Assembly: GCA_963716745.1 (NCBI GenBank)
Contig: OY970320.1
Span: 2,944,001 to 3,008,000 of the forward strand
Length of the DNA: 64,000 nt
Direction of reading: 5' to 3'
From: an uncultured Gemmatimonadaceae bacterium
Lineage (GTDB): Bacteria; Gemmatimonadota; Gemmatimonadetes; Gemmatimonadales; Gemmatimonadaceae
Positions 18,003 to 27,587 of the stretch are shown piece after piece. The notes beneath the pieces are model-generated. The model was not told where the DNA came from. It saw nothing but the letters and a program-made list of their open reading frames with translations, and did no database searches. How positions within the stretch are numbered: position 1 is the stretch's first letter; each line of letters begins with the position of its first letter. A program made the position numbers and the translations under genes.

Positions 18003-19919
18003 ATGACTCGCTCGTCCACCGCGGCGGCAACGGTTCCGCCGTCCGTCGTCATCCTCGGCTCGGATGCGCTGCTCACCGCGCTGCCGGCCACGCCGACGCA
18101 GCTCGCCAATGCGTGCTATGCGGCGGGGTTCGAGGGCGTATTCCCCGCGAGCTGGGGGGACGAGCTGGTGGCCGCCGGGTGCCTGAAGAATCTCGAGACG
18201 CGCGTGGGACCGGCGATCCTGTGCACGTGCCCGCTCGTGTCGGAGCAGCTGCGCGGGGTCGCGCCGTTGCAGCGATTCCAACTGCATCTGATCTCGCCGC
18301 CGGTGGCCGCGGCGCGCTACCTGCGCGCGCTCTGCGACGACGCGCCGCTGCGCATCACCTACGTGGGCGATTGCCCCGGTGCGGAGAACGACGTGATCGA
18401 CGAGCACGTGTCGCCCTCCGACTTCCTGAGTCGTCTCGCGGAGCGCGGCATCACGCCGATGTCGCAGCGTCCCGATCTCGGCGCGAACGTGCCCCGCGAC
18501 CGCCGCCGCTTCTACTCGCTGCCCGGCGGAGCGCCCACGCCCGAATGGCTCTCCGCGGATTGGCCGAAGCGGATCCTCGTGGACACCGACGCCGGTGACG
18601 CCCTCGCCGACCTCGCGCATCACGCGCTCGCGCGCGAGAGCACGCTCATCGATTTCGCGCCGCAGCTCGGCTGCGCGTGCAGCGGATCGATCGGCGGCAT
18701 CGCGCCCGCGGAGGCGCGAAAGGCGGTGGCCGAGCTGGAGCCGCAGCGTGCGCGACAGGAAGTGCTGGATCCCGATCTGCGGGTCGCGGTGGAATCACTG
18801 GTGCCGATGGGCGCCGGCGGCGAGGAGGTCACCTGGGATGATTTCCTCGCATCGCTACCGGGCACGCTGGCGCCGGACGGATCGCCGGGCGATGCGGCGG
18901 TGCATCCCGGTGCGAGCGCGCCCCCGCCGCAGCGGCGGTCGCGCGAAGGGGCCGTGTTGCCGCGCGCCTACGCGACGCCAAGGGTGACGCGCCGGCGCGC
19001 GGGCGCGGGCGAAGGGAGCATCTCGGGCGAGATGCCGGCGGTGCGCGCGAGCGCACCCGTTCCGGAGACCCGTCTCACGCCGGCGCCCGCGATGAGCACC
19101 GCGGTCGCCCCCGCGTCAACGCGCAGCACGCAGCCGGTGCCGCGGCGCTCGCAGCTCGTGGAGGGCGCGAGCATACCGCGCTTCCCGGTGCCGGTGCGCC
19201 CGGCGATCACGCCGGCGGACCGGTGGCTGCTCATCGCGATCGTGCTCGGGGCGAGCGCATTGAGCGCGTCGGTCGCGAGCTATCTCACCGTGCGCGCGAC
19301 CGCGGGACGTCCGGCGCCGGTGAGCGCGTCGGGCACCGTGGCCGTCGCGCCGCCCCAGCACGCCGTGGCACCGCTGCCCGCTGTGCGCGACAGCGAGGCG
19401 ACCGTGGTGCGTGTGGATCCGCCGGCATCGCTCCAGTCGCTGCGGGCGACGCCGCCGCCGCTTGGCGATCAGCGCACACTCGCCGCGGCAGCGGCGCCAC
19501 GTGGCCGGCCCATGACGCCGGCGCCCGCGCCGGCGAAGTTGCAGCGTCGCGGCAAGCCTGTGGTGATCCCTCCGGCGCCGCCCCCCGCGCCCGCGCCGCC
19601 GCTGCCGCGCGACGCGAGCGCCGACGCGCCGCCGATCGTCATCCCGGTCGCACCGATGGCGGCGACATCGCCGGCGCCGGTCGCGGCGACTCCGGCGCCG
19701 AGCGTCGCGCCGACGGATAGCGCGCCGCCGGCCGCGGCGGCTGTCGCCGCGCCGGTGCCCGCTGCCGCGTCAACGGTGGCGGCGCCGCCGGCCGCGCCGC
19801 CCGTGGACATCGCCGCCGAACTCAAAGCGATCCGCGAAGAATTGAACGCGCGCAAGCATCGTGTCGACTCGCTCAGCCGCTCGCTGGACTCGCTGAAGAG
19901 CGCGTCGCCGCCGCGCTGA
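18003..19919 (+). CDS. Membrane-anchored protein with degenerate [FeFe]-hydrogenase/Nar1-like N-terminal domain, Pro/Ala linkers and C-terminal coiled coil
   Basis: GFEGVFPASWGDELVA, ILCTCPLV, ISPPVAAARYLR, ITYVGDCP, FYSLPGG and LGCACSG are colinear with Fe_hyd_lg_C motifs; TM segment WLLIAIVLGASALSASVASYL. Confidence 0.65.
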   Translation: MTRSSTAAATVPPSVVILGSDALLTALPATPTQLANACYAAGFEGVFPASWGDELVAAGCLKNLETRVGPAILCTCPLVSEQLRGVAPLQRFQLHLISPPVAAARYLRALCDDAPLRITYVGDCPGAENDVIDEHVSPSDFLSRLAERGITPMSQRPDLGANVPRDRRRFYSLPGGAPTPEWLSADWPKRILVDTDAGDALADLAHHALARESTLIDFAPQLGCACSGSIGGIAPAEARKAVAELEPQRARQEVLDPDLRVAVESLVPMGAGGEEVTWDDFLASLPGTLAPDGSPGDAAVHPGASAPPPQRRSREGAVLPRAYATPRVTRRRAGAGEGSISGEMPAVRASAPVPETRLTPAPAMSTAVAPASTRSTQPVPRRSQLVEGASIPRFPVPVRPAITPADRWLLIAIVLGASALSASVASYLTVRATAGRPAPVSASGTVAVAPPQHAVAPLPAVRDSEATVVRVDPPASLQSLRATPPPLGDQRTLAAAAAPRGRPMTPAPAPAKLQRRGKPVVIPPAPPPAPAPPLPRDASADAPPIVIPVAPMAATSPAPVAATPAPSVAPTDSAPPAAAAVAAPVPAAASTVAAPPAAPPVDIAAELKAIREELNARKHRVDSLSRSLDSLKSASPPR

Positions 19920-19926
19920 GCGTCGC

Positions 19927-20424
19927 ATGCTGAGCGCGCTCATCGCGATGTGGATCGCCGGCGCGGCGCCGCCGGCGCACGGGGACTCGACCGCGGTGAA
20001 CCGGTTCCTCTGGTACGACGCCGCGGCGCGCACCGCACATGTGCGGATCGTCGCCGCGTTCGATGGCGCCAATGGCGGGATGAATTTCAACGGCGCGTCC
20101 AACGGCGGCGCGACGATCGCGGTCCCGCTCGGCTGGAACGTGCTCGTCGCATTCGTGAATCGTGACGCGGTCCCGCACTCGGCGATCATCATCGCGTCGG
20201 GAGCGGCGCTGCCGGCCATCCCGGAGACACCCGCCTTCGGCGGCGCGTACACCACCGGGCTCACCGCCGGACTCGGCACCGACCAGACCGACGTCATGCG
20301 CTTCGCCGCGTCGCCGGCGGGAGAGTACATTCTCGTGTGCGGCGTGCCCGGACACGGCGCGAGCGGGATGTGGATCCGCTTCAAAGTGTCGCCCAGCGCC
20401 AGCACGCCCGCGTACACCCCATGA
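19927..20424 (+). CDS. Sulfocyanin/rusticyanin-like type 1 blue copper protein
   Basis: MNFNGASNG, VPHSAII and YILVCGVPGHGASGM give His/Cys/His/Met ligands; signal peptide. Confidence 0.85.
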   Translation: MLSALIAMWIAGAAPPAHGDSTAVNRFLWYDAAARTAHVRIVAAFDGANGGMNFNGASNGGATIAVPLGWNVLVAFVNRDAVPHSAIIIASGAALPAIPETPAFGGAYTTGLTAGLGTDQTDVMRFAASPAGEYILVCGVPGHGASGMWIRFKVSPSASTPAYTP

Positions 20425-20436
20425 CGAGCCCCGCCG

Positions 20437-21696
20437 ATGCTCAGCGCTGACCAGATCCAGGTCCTGATCTCGTACATCGGTGTCATCGTGCAGCTCGTGG
20501 GCTCGGTGCTCCTGGTGGTGTTCTTCTTCCTGCTGCGCCGCAACATGTCGCGCAAAGCGTACTTCGGCATGTGGGGATGGGCGTGGCTGTTCGTCACGCT
20601 CGCGATCCTGATGCTCGTCTATCGCTACCGTGCGATGCCGAATTTCGATTCGGGCGCGTCGGGCGACTCCGCGACCGGCGTGCGGGTGCTGTACATGGGC
20701 TACATGTTCTTGAAACTGCTTTACTTGGAATGCCTGGTGGCCGGCACTGTCATGTATGCCACCGGTCTCAGGGCGCGCCGCTATTTCACGATCACCATCG
20801 TGGGCGCGATCGGCTACTCGATCATCTCGGTGCTGGTCGGGCAGGACCTGAACGCCATCGTCGTGTGGCAATCGCCGGTCGCGGTCGCGGCGTTCACCTA
20901 TTGCGCGTACACGCTCCTGCGGCTCTCGCCCTCGCGGCGGAGCCTGGGCAGCGAGACCACTGGCACGATCTTCGGACTCGCCGGCGCGGTGTGGGCGCTC
21001 TACGCCGGCGCGTTCGGCCTGAACCTGGTGGGATCGCCCGAGCACAATCCGCTCATCGAGGTCGTGCGTCACAATTCGTACGTGGACATCCTCGTGCAGG
21101 TGCTGCTCGGGTTCGGCATGGTGGTGATGCTCCTCGAGGACGCGAAGCGCGAGGTGGACGACGCGCACGCCGAGTTGGAAGTGGCGCACAATCACCTGCG
21201 ACGCGAGGCGCTGTTGGATCCGCTCACCGAGGCGCTCAACCGCCGTGCGTTCAGCGAGGGCGTGGGCCTCGATACCGCCAAGGCGGCGTTCGGCACCGTC
21301 GCGATGCTGGACATGGACAACTTGAAGGTGACCAACGACTCACACGGCCACGCCGCGGGCGACGCGCTGCTCCGGTATGTGGTGCGGGTGCTGCGCACGA
21401 CCGTGCGTCCGTCGGATCGCGTCTACCGGTGGGGCGGGGATGAATTCCTCGTCGTGCTGCCCGGCGCCTCGCTCGAGGACGCGGAGTACCGGCTCGGCCA
21501 CGCGATCGCGACGGCGATGCCGCTGGTGCTGCCGGCGGTCACCGAGTCGCTGCCGCTCCTCGTGAGCGTAGGATGCGCGCCGTACGCGGGCGCTGAGGAG
21601 CTGATCCAGGCGATCGACGCCGCCGACCATGCGATGTACGCGCAGAAGGCCCGCCGGAAATCACGCGGCATGCCGGCCGCGCAGTCGGTCGCGTGA
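20437..21696 (+). CDS. Membrane-bound diguanylate cyclase (multi-TM plus GGDEF)
   Basis: About 7 hydrophobic segments; DPLTEALNRR, LDMDNLKVTNDSHGHAAGD and RPSDRVYRWGGDEF (RxxD I-site present). Confidence 0.92.
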   Translation: MLSADQIQVLISYIGVIVQLVGSVLLVVFFFLLRRNMSRKAYFGMWGWAWLFVTLAILMLVYRYRAMPNFDSGASGDSATGVRVLYMGYMFLKLLYLECLVAGTVMYATGLRARRYFTITIVGAIGYSIISVLVGQDLNAIVVWQSPVAVAAFTYCAYTLLRLSPSRRSLGSETTGTIFGLAGAVWALYAGAFGLNLVGSPEHNPLIEVVRHNSYVDILVQVLLGFGMVVMLLEDAKREVDDAHAELEVAHNHLRREALLDPLTEALNRRAFSEGVGLDTAKAAFGTVAMLDMDNLKVTNDSHGHAAGDALLRYVVRVLRTTVRPSDRVYRWGGDEFLVVLPGASLEDAEYRLGHAIATAMPLVLPAVTESLPLLVSVGCAPYAGAEELIQAIDAADHAMYAQKARRKSRGMPAAQSVA

Positions 21697-21700
21697 TCCG

Positions 21701-22096
21701 ATGAAGCTGCGCGACAAGGCGGAGATCGTGGTCGCCTGCGCGCTGTTGCCGCCCGCTCTGGAACTGCTGCCAGCCGCGCGCGTCGTCGCGTGGCTCCGCC
21801 GCGTGCGCCCGCGCCGCCGGGAGGCACTCTCGGGTGAACGTTATGCGGAGGCGGTGGACCGGGTACTGAACCGCGCGCCATCGATCTGGCGGAACACATG
21901 CTTGCGGCGCGCGGTGGTACTCGAGTTCCTGCTGCGACGGAGCGGGAGGGAGGCGGAAGTGGTGATCGGAGTGCGCCGGGCGGCGAGTGGGAGCATCGAG
22001 GCGCATGCGTGGCTGAAGTGCGAGGGAGTGGAGCCGTACTTGGATCCGGAAGATCTCGAGACTTTCGTGCGGATGACGGCACCACGAACTACGTGA
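21701..22096 (+). CDS. Lasso-peptide B2-like transglutaminase/cysteine protease (orphan)
   Basis: TCLRRAVVL, VVIGVR and IEAHAWL motifs typical of Transglut_core3. Confidence 0.8.
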   Translation: MKLRDKAEIVVACALLPPALELLPAARVVAWLRRVRPRRREALSGERYAEAVDRVLNRAPSIWRNTCLRRAVVLEFLLRRSGREAEVVIGVRRAASGSIEAHAWLKCEGVEPYLDPEDLETFVRMTAPRTT

Positions 22097-22280
22097 GTAC
22101 CGAGTCGTGCGTGTTCGACCACTGACCACGTGAGTACCGAGTCGTGCGTGTTCGACCACCAACGGCGTGAGTACCGAGTCGTGCGTGACTCGGTACTCAC
22201 GCATTAAGTGGTCCAACACGCACGACTCGGTACGAACGCATCAAGTGGTCGAACACGCACGACTCGGCACTCACGTAGTT
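22087..22280. repeat. Family C composite palindrome (GTGAGTACCGAGTCGTGCGT units), cluster 1
   Basis: Three forward units at 22093, 22130 and 22167 (37-nt period), then three inverted units; ends AACTACGTGAGT...ACTCACGTAGTT. Confidence 0.9.
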
Positions 22281-22294
22281 AGTGGTTAGAAAGT

Positions 22295-22333
22295 AGAACG
22301 CCCGCGGCGCCTGTTCAGCGCCGCGGGCGTTCT
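22295..22333. terminator. Terminator hairpin between convergent genes
   Basis: AGAACGCCCGCGGCGC-CTGTTCA-GCGCCGCGGGCGTTCT. Confidence 0.75.
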
Positions 22334-22347
22334 TCAGTGCCTGGGAA

Positions 22348-23208
22348 CTAGTGGCAGTTCGAAACCGCGTGCGTATCCAGGTCCAAGTCGCAGATCACCC
22401 CTCCATCCTGCAGCGTCGCGACGTTCGTGCCGTTGAAGGTCACGATCAGGTGGAGCGTGTCGGTCTGGCTGAAGCTGCCGGCTACGAAGTTGGCGGTCAT
22501 GCCGATCGTGATCGAGCCCGAGAGCGGGTACGGATTCGCCGAGCGCGGCATCTGGAAGGTCACGGCGGAAACGGTGTCGCCGCCCGTCATCGTGAGGATG
22601 CGCTCCACGTTGTTCTCGCTCCACGTCGCGACATGGTGCTGCGCCGCGATGCCGGTCCAGACGTGCTGCGGCCTCGCGACCGGCGGCGCGCCGTCGCCCG
22701 CGCTGCGGACGACCACCAGGCTCGCCGCGCTCGAATCATCAACGGTCACGTCGCGGCCATTGCGCACGGCCGAGTTCAGCGTGCCATCGGCGGTCCACTT
22801 GTGGTTCACCGAATCGGTGGGCGACGGGTTGTTCCACCACAGATCGTAGTTCGTGCCGGCCCAGAAGCGGATCGAGCGCGTGATCGTGACGTGCACGCCG
22901 GAGTCCACCACCGCCACACAGTTGTACCAACCGTTGCTGTCGGGCCCGCTGCAGTTCACGGTCGTTGGCGCGACGACGTTGGCCGAGCCGTTGGACACGT
23001 CGTTGGCCGCTCCGTACGCGGCTTCATTGTCATCGAGTTCCTTGATCGTCAACGCGGCGCCTTCGCCCGCGCCCTGGCGCGCACTGGCGGTGACTTCCGC
23101 GGAGGTCGGCGTGCCGTTGCCCGACGTCGTGTTGTCGCTCGAGCAGGCGGCGAGGCCGAAGAGCACGGCCGCGGCGCCGACGCTGTACGACAGGATCTTG
23201 CGATTCAT
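22348..23208 (-). CDS. Hypothetical lipoprotein
   Basis: Lipobox LAAC after a basic/hydrophobic leader; RBS GAGG. Confidence 0.75.
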   Translation of the reverse strand: MNRKILSYSVGAAAVLFGLAACSSDNTTSGNGTPTSAEVTASARQGAGEGAALTIKELDDNEAAYGAANDVSNGSANVVAPTTVNCSGPDSNGWYNCVAVVDSGVHVTITRSIRFWAGTNYDLWWNNPSPTDSVNHKWTADGTLNSAVRNGRDVTVDDSSAASLVVVRSAGDGAPPVARPQHVWTGIAAQHHVATWSENNVERILTMTGGDTVSAVTFQMPRSANPYPLSGSITIGMTANFVAGSFSQTDTLHLIVTFNGTNVATLQDGGVICDLDLDTHAVSNCH

Positions 23209-23357
23209 ATCAGGCCTCAGGAAATGGGGTGAACGGGTTCAGTGTGCCCTGCTCACGGTGTCTGACGAACGGCCTGCGAGGACGTTAAGAGGCCCCGCTT
23301 GCCCGCGCCGTGGACGCAACGTACATCTCGCGTCACCCACACTCCGATGCCGATTCT

Positions 23358-24800
23358 GTGACCCAGCGCACATCCACGGGCGCCACCGCGCCCGTTCGTT
23401 CCCGTACGAAGATCGTCTGCACGCTCGGCCCCGCTTCCTCGTCGCCCGAGGTGCTCCGTTCCCTCATGGAGGCCGGCCTCAACGTCGCGCGCATCAACTT
23501 CTCGCACGGGACGCACGAGGAGCACGCCGAGACGATCGCGACGGTGCGCATGATCGCGAAGGAGATGCGGCGTCCCGTGGCGATCCTCGGCGACCTGCAG
23601 GGGCCGCGCATCCGGGTGGGCGACCTCACGGCGCCACTCGAATTGGAGGATGGCGCGCTCGTGGTGCTCGCGCCCGAAGAGACCGCCGCGCGCGGAGAGA
23701 TCCCGGTCACATACGACGGTCTCGCGCGCGATGTGCGCTTGGGCAGCCGCGTGCTCATGGATGATGGTCTCATCGAGCTCACGGTCACCGAGGTACGTGC
23801 GCATGCGGTGGGCGCGCGCGTCGTGCACGGCGGCACGCTGCGCGAACACAAGGGGCTGAACCTGCCCGGCGTGGTGGTGAGCGCGCCGTCGCTCACCGAC
23901 AAGGATCGCGCCGACATCGAGTTCGCGGTCGCGCAGGACCTGGACTACCTCGCGCTGAGCTTCGTGCGCAAGGCGGACGACATCCGCGCACTGCGCGCGC
24001 TCGTGCCGAAGGGGCTCCTCCTCATCGCGAAGATCGAGAAGGACACCGCGGTCGCCGATATCACGACGATCGTCGAGACCGCGGATGCGGTGATGGTCGC
24101 GCGTGGCGATCTCGGCGTCGAGCTGCCGTTCGAGGAGGTGCCGATCGCGCAGAAGCGCATCATCGCGGTCGCGAACGCGGTCGGGCGCCCGGTGATCACG
24201 GCCACGCAGATGCTCGAATCCATGGTGACCAATCCGCGACCCACGCGCGCGGAAGCGAGCGACGTCGCGAACGCGATCCTCGACGGCACCGACGCGGTGA
24301 TGCTGAGCGCGGAGACCGCCGCGGGCGCGTACCCGCGGCTGAGCGTGGAGGCGATGACGCGCATCATCATGGAGATCGAGCGCCACCCCGCGCCGGCGCA
24401 CGCGCGACGCGCGCGCGACGTCGGCGGCGATGCGCCGGCGCGCACGGAGGATGCGATCGCCGCGGCGACGTCGGCCGCCGCGCACTCGCTGCACGCGCCG
24501 CTGGTCATCGTGTTCACGAAGGGCGGCTCGAGCGCGCGCGTCGTGGCGTCGCACCGGCCTGACGTGCCCATTCTGGCGGTCACCGATCTCGAGCGCACGT
24601 ACCGCCAGCTGTCGCTGGTGTGGGGCGTGCAGCCGGAACTCGTGCCCCACGCCGAGAACTACGATCAGATGTTCACGCGCGCGCGCGAAGTGATCGCGCG
24701 CACCGGCATCGCGCGGCCCGGCGATCGCGTGCTCGTCACCGCCGGCGTGCCGTTCGATGTGCCGGGGTCCACCAATCTCCTGAAGGTGGAAGTGTTGTGA
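23358..24800 (+). CDS. pyk: Pyruvate kinase
   Basis: RTKIVCTLGPA, ARINFSHG, DLQGPRIR, IAKIE, MVARGDLGVE, ATQMLESM and PTRAEASDVANA motifs. Start uncertain (23310 or 23358). Confidence 0.96.
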   Translation: MTQRTSTGATAPVRSRTKIVCTLGPASSSPEVLRSLMEAGLNVARINFSHGTHEEHAETIATVRMIAKEMRRPVAILGDLQGPRIRVGDLTAPLELEDGALVVLAPEETAARGEIPVTYDGLARDVRLGSRVLMDDGLIELTVTEVRAHAVGARVVHGGTLREHKGLNLPGVVVSAPSLTDKDRADIEFAVAQDLDYLALSFVRKADDIRALRALVPKGLLLIAKIEKDTAVADITTIVETADAVMVARGDLGVELPFEEVPIAQKRIIAVANAVGRPVITATQMLESMVTNPRPTRAEASDVANAILDGTDAVMLSAETAAGAYPRLSVEAMTRIIMEIERHPAPAHARRARDVGGDAPARTEDAIAAATSAAAHSLHAPLVIVFTKGGSSARVVASHRPDVPILAVTDLERTYRQLSLVWGVQPELVPHAENYDQMFTRAREVIARTGIARPGDRVLVTAGVPFDVPGSTNLLKVEVL

Positions 24801-25576
24801 GACTGACGTTCCTCGGCACCGGAACGAGCTATGGCGTTCCGCAGATCGGCTGCCATTGCGCCGTCTGTGAGAGCACCGACCCTCGCGACCGGCGCACGAG
24901 GAGCGGCGCGGTGGTGGAGACCGGCACGGGGAAGCGGCTGCTCATCGATACGCCGCCGGAACTCCGGCTGCAGCTCACCGGCGCGGGGATCGACGCGGTG
25001 GACGCCGTGCTGTACACGCACGAACACGCGGACCACACGCACGGGATCGATGACCTCCGCGCGATCTCACAGCGGAAGCGCGCGCCGATCCCCGTATACG
25101 GCCCGGGTCCCACCATGGAGAGTCTGGCGAAGCGCTTCCCGTACATCTTCGACGAACTCATTCGCCCGGCACCGGGCACCAACAAGCCCGAGGGGACATT
25201 CCATGTGCTCGCCTCCGGCACGCCAGTGCGGATCGCGGATGTCGACGTGATGCCGATCGCGGTGCCGCACGGGACTATGGAGGTGCTCGGGTATCGGATC
25301 GGTGCCATCGGCTATGTCACGGATGCGAAGGAACTGCCAGACGAGGCGCTGGCGCTTCTGCGCGGCGTGCGGGTGCTCGTGCTGAACGCGCTGCTGCGGC
25401 ACGCGCATCCCACGCATCTGTCGATCGACGAGGCGGTGAAGACCGCGAAGCGCGTCGGCGCCGCGCAAACGTTCCTCACGCACCTGACGCACGAGAACAG
25501 TCACGCCGCGCTCGCCGCCGAGCTGCCGCCGGGGATCGCGCCCGCGTATGACGGACTGAGCGTCGCGTTGGACTAA
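24797..25576 (+). CDS. MBL-fold metallo-hydrolase (PhnP-like phosphodiesterase)
   Basis: LTFLGTGTSYGVP.IGC.C.VC, THEHADHTHGIDD and LTHLTH; GTGA overlap with pyk. Confidence 0.9.
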   Translation: MRLTFLGTGTSYGVPQIGCHCAVCESTDPRDRRTRSGAVVETGTGKRLLIDTPPELRLQLTGAGIDAVDAVLYTHEHADHTHGIDDLRAISQRKRAPIPVYGPGPTMESLAKRFPYIFDELIRPAPGTNKPEGTFHVLASGTPVRIADVDVMPIAVPHGTMEVLGYRIGAIGYVTDAKELPDEALALLRGVRVLVLNALLRHAHPTHLSIDEAVKTAKRVGAAQTFLTHLTHENSHAALAAELPPGIAPAYDGLSVALD

Positions 25577-25661
25577 GTCCCGATTGACTCAACCGGGCCG
25601 CGCGTTCATCCTCTGAGGGCGGGCGGCAGGACTTCGGTCACGCTCATCTCGGGAGATCAAC

Positions 25662-26366
25662 ATGTCGATCATCACGCTGCGGCGGCTCGCCGCCATCACG
25701 ATCGTCGCCGCCGGCTGTACCAAGGCCGCGGACAAATCCGCTGCAACGACGATGGATTCTTCGAAAGCGATGGCGCCGGCCAGCACCGCGCCCGCGAAGG
25801 GCGTCGCGGTGAAGACCAACGAGCCGGCGATCCAGAAGGTCGAAGCGAACGCCGAGCCCAAGGCCGCCGCGCCGAAGAAGAAGGCGGCGCCGCCGAAGAA
25901 GGGCGAAGCGCCGGTGACCGGCGTGGGCAAGGGCAAGCTCGCGGTCACCACCACGCACAAGCCCAACGAACAGGCGGTCGTGATGCAGGAGCAAGTGGAC
26001 TTCGCCGGCGACGGCGTGGCCGAGCAGGCCGATGTGACGGTGGATGATTACCAGCACATCGCGTTCGCGTACGCCGTCGAGGACGAGACGTGCAAGGACG
26101 GCACCGTGGTGCACGGCGCCGAAATACTCGCGGTGTACGGTCCGAACAATTCCATGAAGCAACCCGTGGGATCCGGTTGGTATGCGGCGGAATTGTCAGC
26201 CGGCCAATGCGGTGCTTCGGAGTCCACGATCTGGGGCGTTCGGTTCGATGCGAACGGGAACGTGACGGCGGAAGGGTTCGCGATGATCGATCCGCGGACG
26301 AACGATCTCGTGTTCGTCGCGGCGTCGGATTCCACGATGGCTCCCGCTCCCGCGAAGAAGCCGTAG
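25662..26366 (+). CDS. Hypothetical lipoprotein
   Basis: Lipobox VAAGC; RBS GGGAG; Lys/Pro/Ala-rich N-terminus. Confidence 0.7.
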   Translation: MSIITLRRLAAITIVAAGCTKAADKSAATTMDSSKAMAPASTAPAKGVAVKTNEPAIQKVEANAEPKAAAPKKKAAPPKKGEAPVTGVGKGKLAVTTTHKPNEQAVVMQEQVDFAGDGVAEQADVTVDDYQHIAFAYAVEDETCKDGTVVHGAEILAVYGPNNSMKQPVGSGWYAAELSAGQCGASESTIWGVRFDANGNVTAEGFAMIDPRTNDLVFVAASDSTMAPAPAKKP

Positions 26367-27585
26367 TGCGGAGGATCGGGCGCGCGGTCGCCGTTCCAGC
26401 GCTCATCGCGCTGGCCGCGACCGGCTGTCCGAACCTGCGCGACCAGCCGCCTCAGAAACCGGCGGCGGCGGGTACGTCCGACTCGACACCCATCGTGCCG
26501 CCGGCGCCGGCTCCAGTGCCCACGCCGGCGCGGTCCGGGCGCCGGCGCCACGGCCGAAGCCGCGGCCCGCGCCGCGCACCGTCGCTCTCGCGGGCCCGAG
26601 TGCGGCGGAGCGCGCGCGGCGTGACTCGGTCGCGCGCGCCGACTCGCTCGCCCGCGAATCGGCGCGCATGGATTCCATCGCCCACGCGCAGTTCGTGTCC
26701 GATTCGACTTCTCGTGCGGCGTTCGTGCGCGACTCGCTGGCGCGCGTCGCCTTCGTGCACGACTCCCTCACGCGCGACTCGCTCGCGCGCGACGCCGCGC
26801 ACCGCGATTCGGTCGCGCGCGAGACCGCGGCGCGCGATTCGGCGCGCGCGGCGGCCGAGCGCGATTCGCTCTATGGACCCGATGGCGCGATGCCGCGCAT
26901 CCAGGACGATCCGCACATCACCAAGCCGACCGCCACCGTGCAGCTCTCGTTCGTGAAGCAGATGTTCGACAACTACGACCAGATCCAGTTCAGTTACGCC
27001 CGGCCATTCATGCACAAGCGGGCGTCGTGGGAGATCGACATCCCCTTCCAGCACTGGGACAGCGTGGGCGCGTCGAAGACCGTGAACGGTCCCGCGAACA
27101 TCAATCTGAGCGTCAACAAGACCATCGTCGACGGCCCGTGGCGCCAGATCGCGAGCATCGGGCTCCAGCCCGACCTCGGCAACGTGGTGAACACCTCGAT
27201 CGGCAACAATCAGTGGATCGTGCAGCTGCAGTATTCCATCAGCCACTGGTTCGCCGGCGACCGGCTGCACTTCCGCTTCATGCCCTACTGGCAATACGGC
27301 TTCGCGGTGGACACCGCCTTCGGCACGAAGCAGAAGAACGTGATCGTGCCGCGCCTGGTCATCACCGCGCGCGTGACGCCGGAACTCAATGCGACGCTCG
27401 ATTGGCGCCCGCGCTTCGACCTCACGCGCAACGAGTACTACGCGACGCTCATGGGGCTCTTGTCGCGCCCGCTCCCGTGGTGGGACCTCGGCGTGCAGGC
27501 GGGCTACGAGGTCCCGCTCGACAGCCTGGCGAAGCGGAGGGTCGAATTGCAGAAGCTGTACATCACCGTCTCGAAGACCTTCTGA
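26366..27585 (+). CDS. Exported protein with tandem D-S-x repeat region and C-terminal beta-barrel; apparent frameshift near 26530-26600
   Basis: GTG 26366 gives VRRIGRAVAVPALIALAATGC; coding continues in the frame of ORF 26668..27585; terminal Phe. Confidence 0.6.
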
Positions 27586-27587
27586 CC

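Noticed and set aside
18003..18720. Active [FeFe] hydrogenase
   Set aside because: The P2 Lys and canonical P1/P3 sequences are missing, with no ferredoxin domains or maturases in the window.
22087..22280. CRISPR array (37-nt periodic repeats)
   Set aside because: Inter-repeat segments are too short and similar to be spacers, the second half is inverted, copies are dispersed and no cas genes are present.
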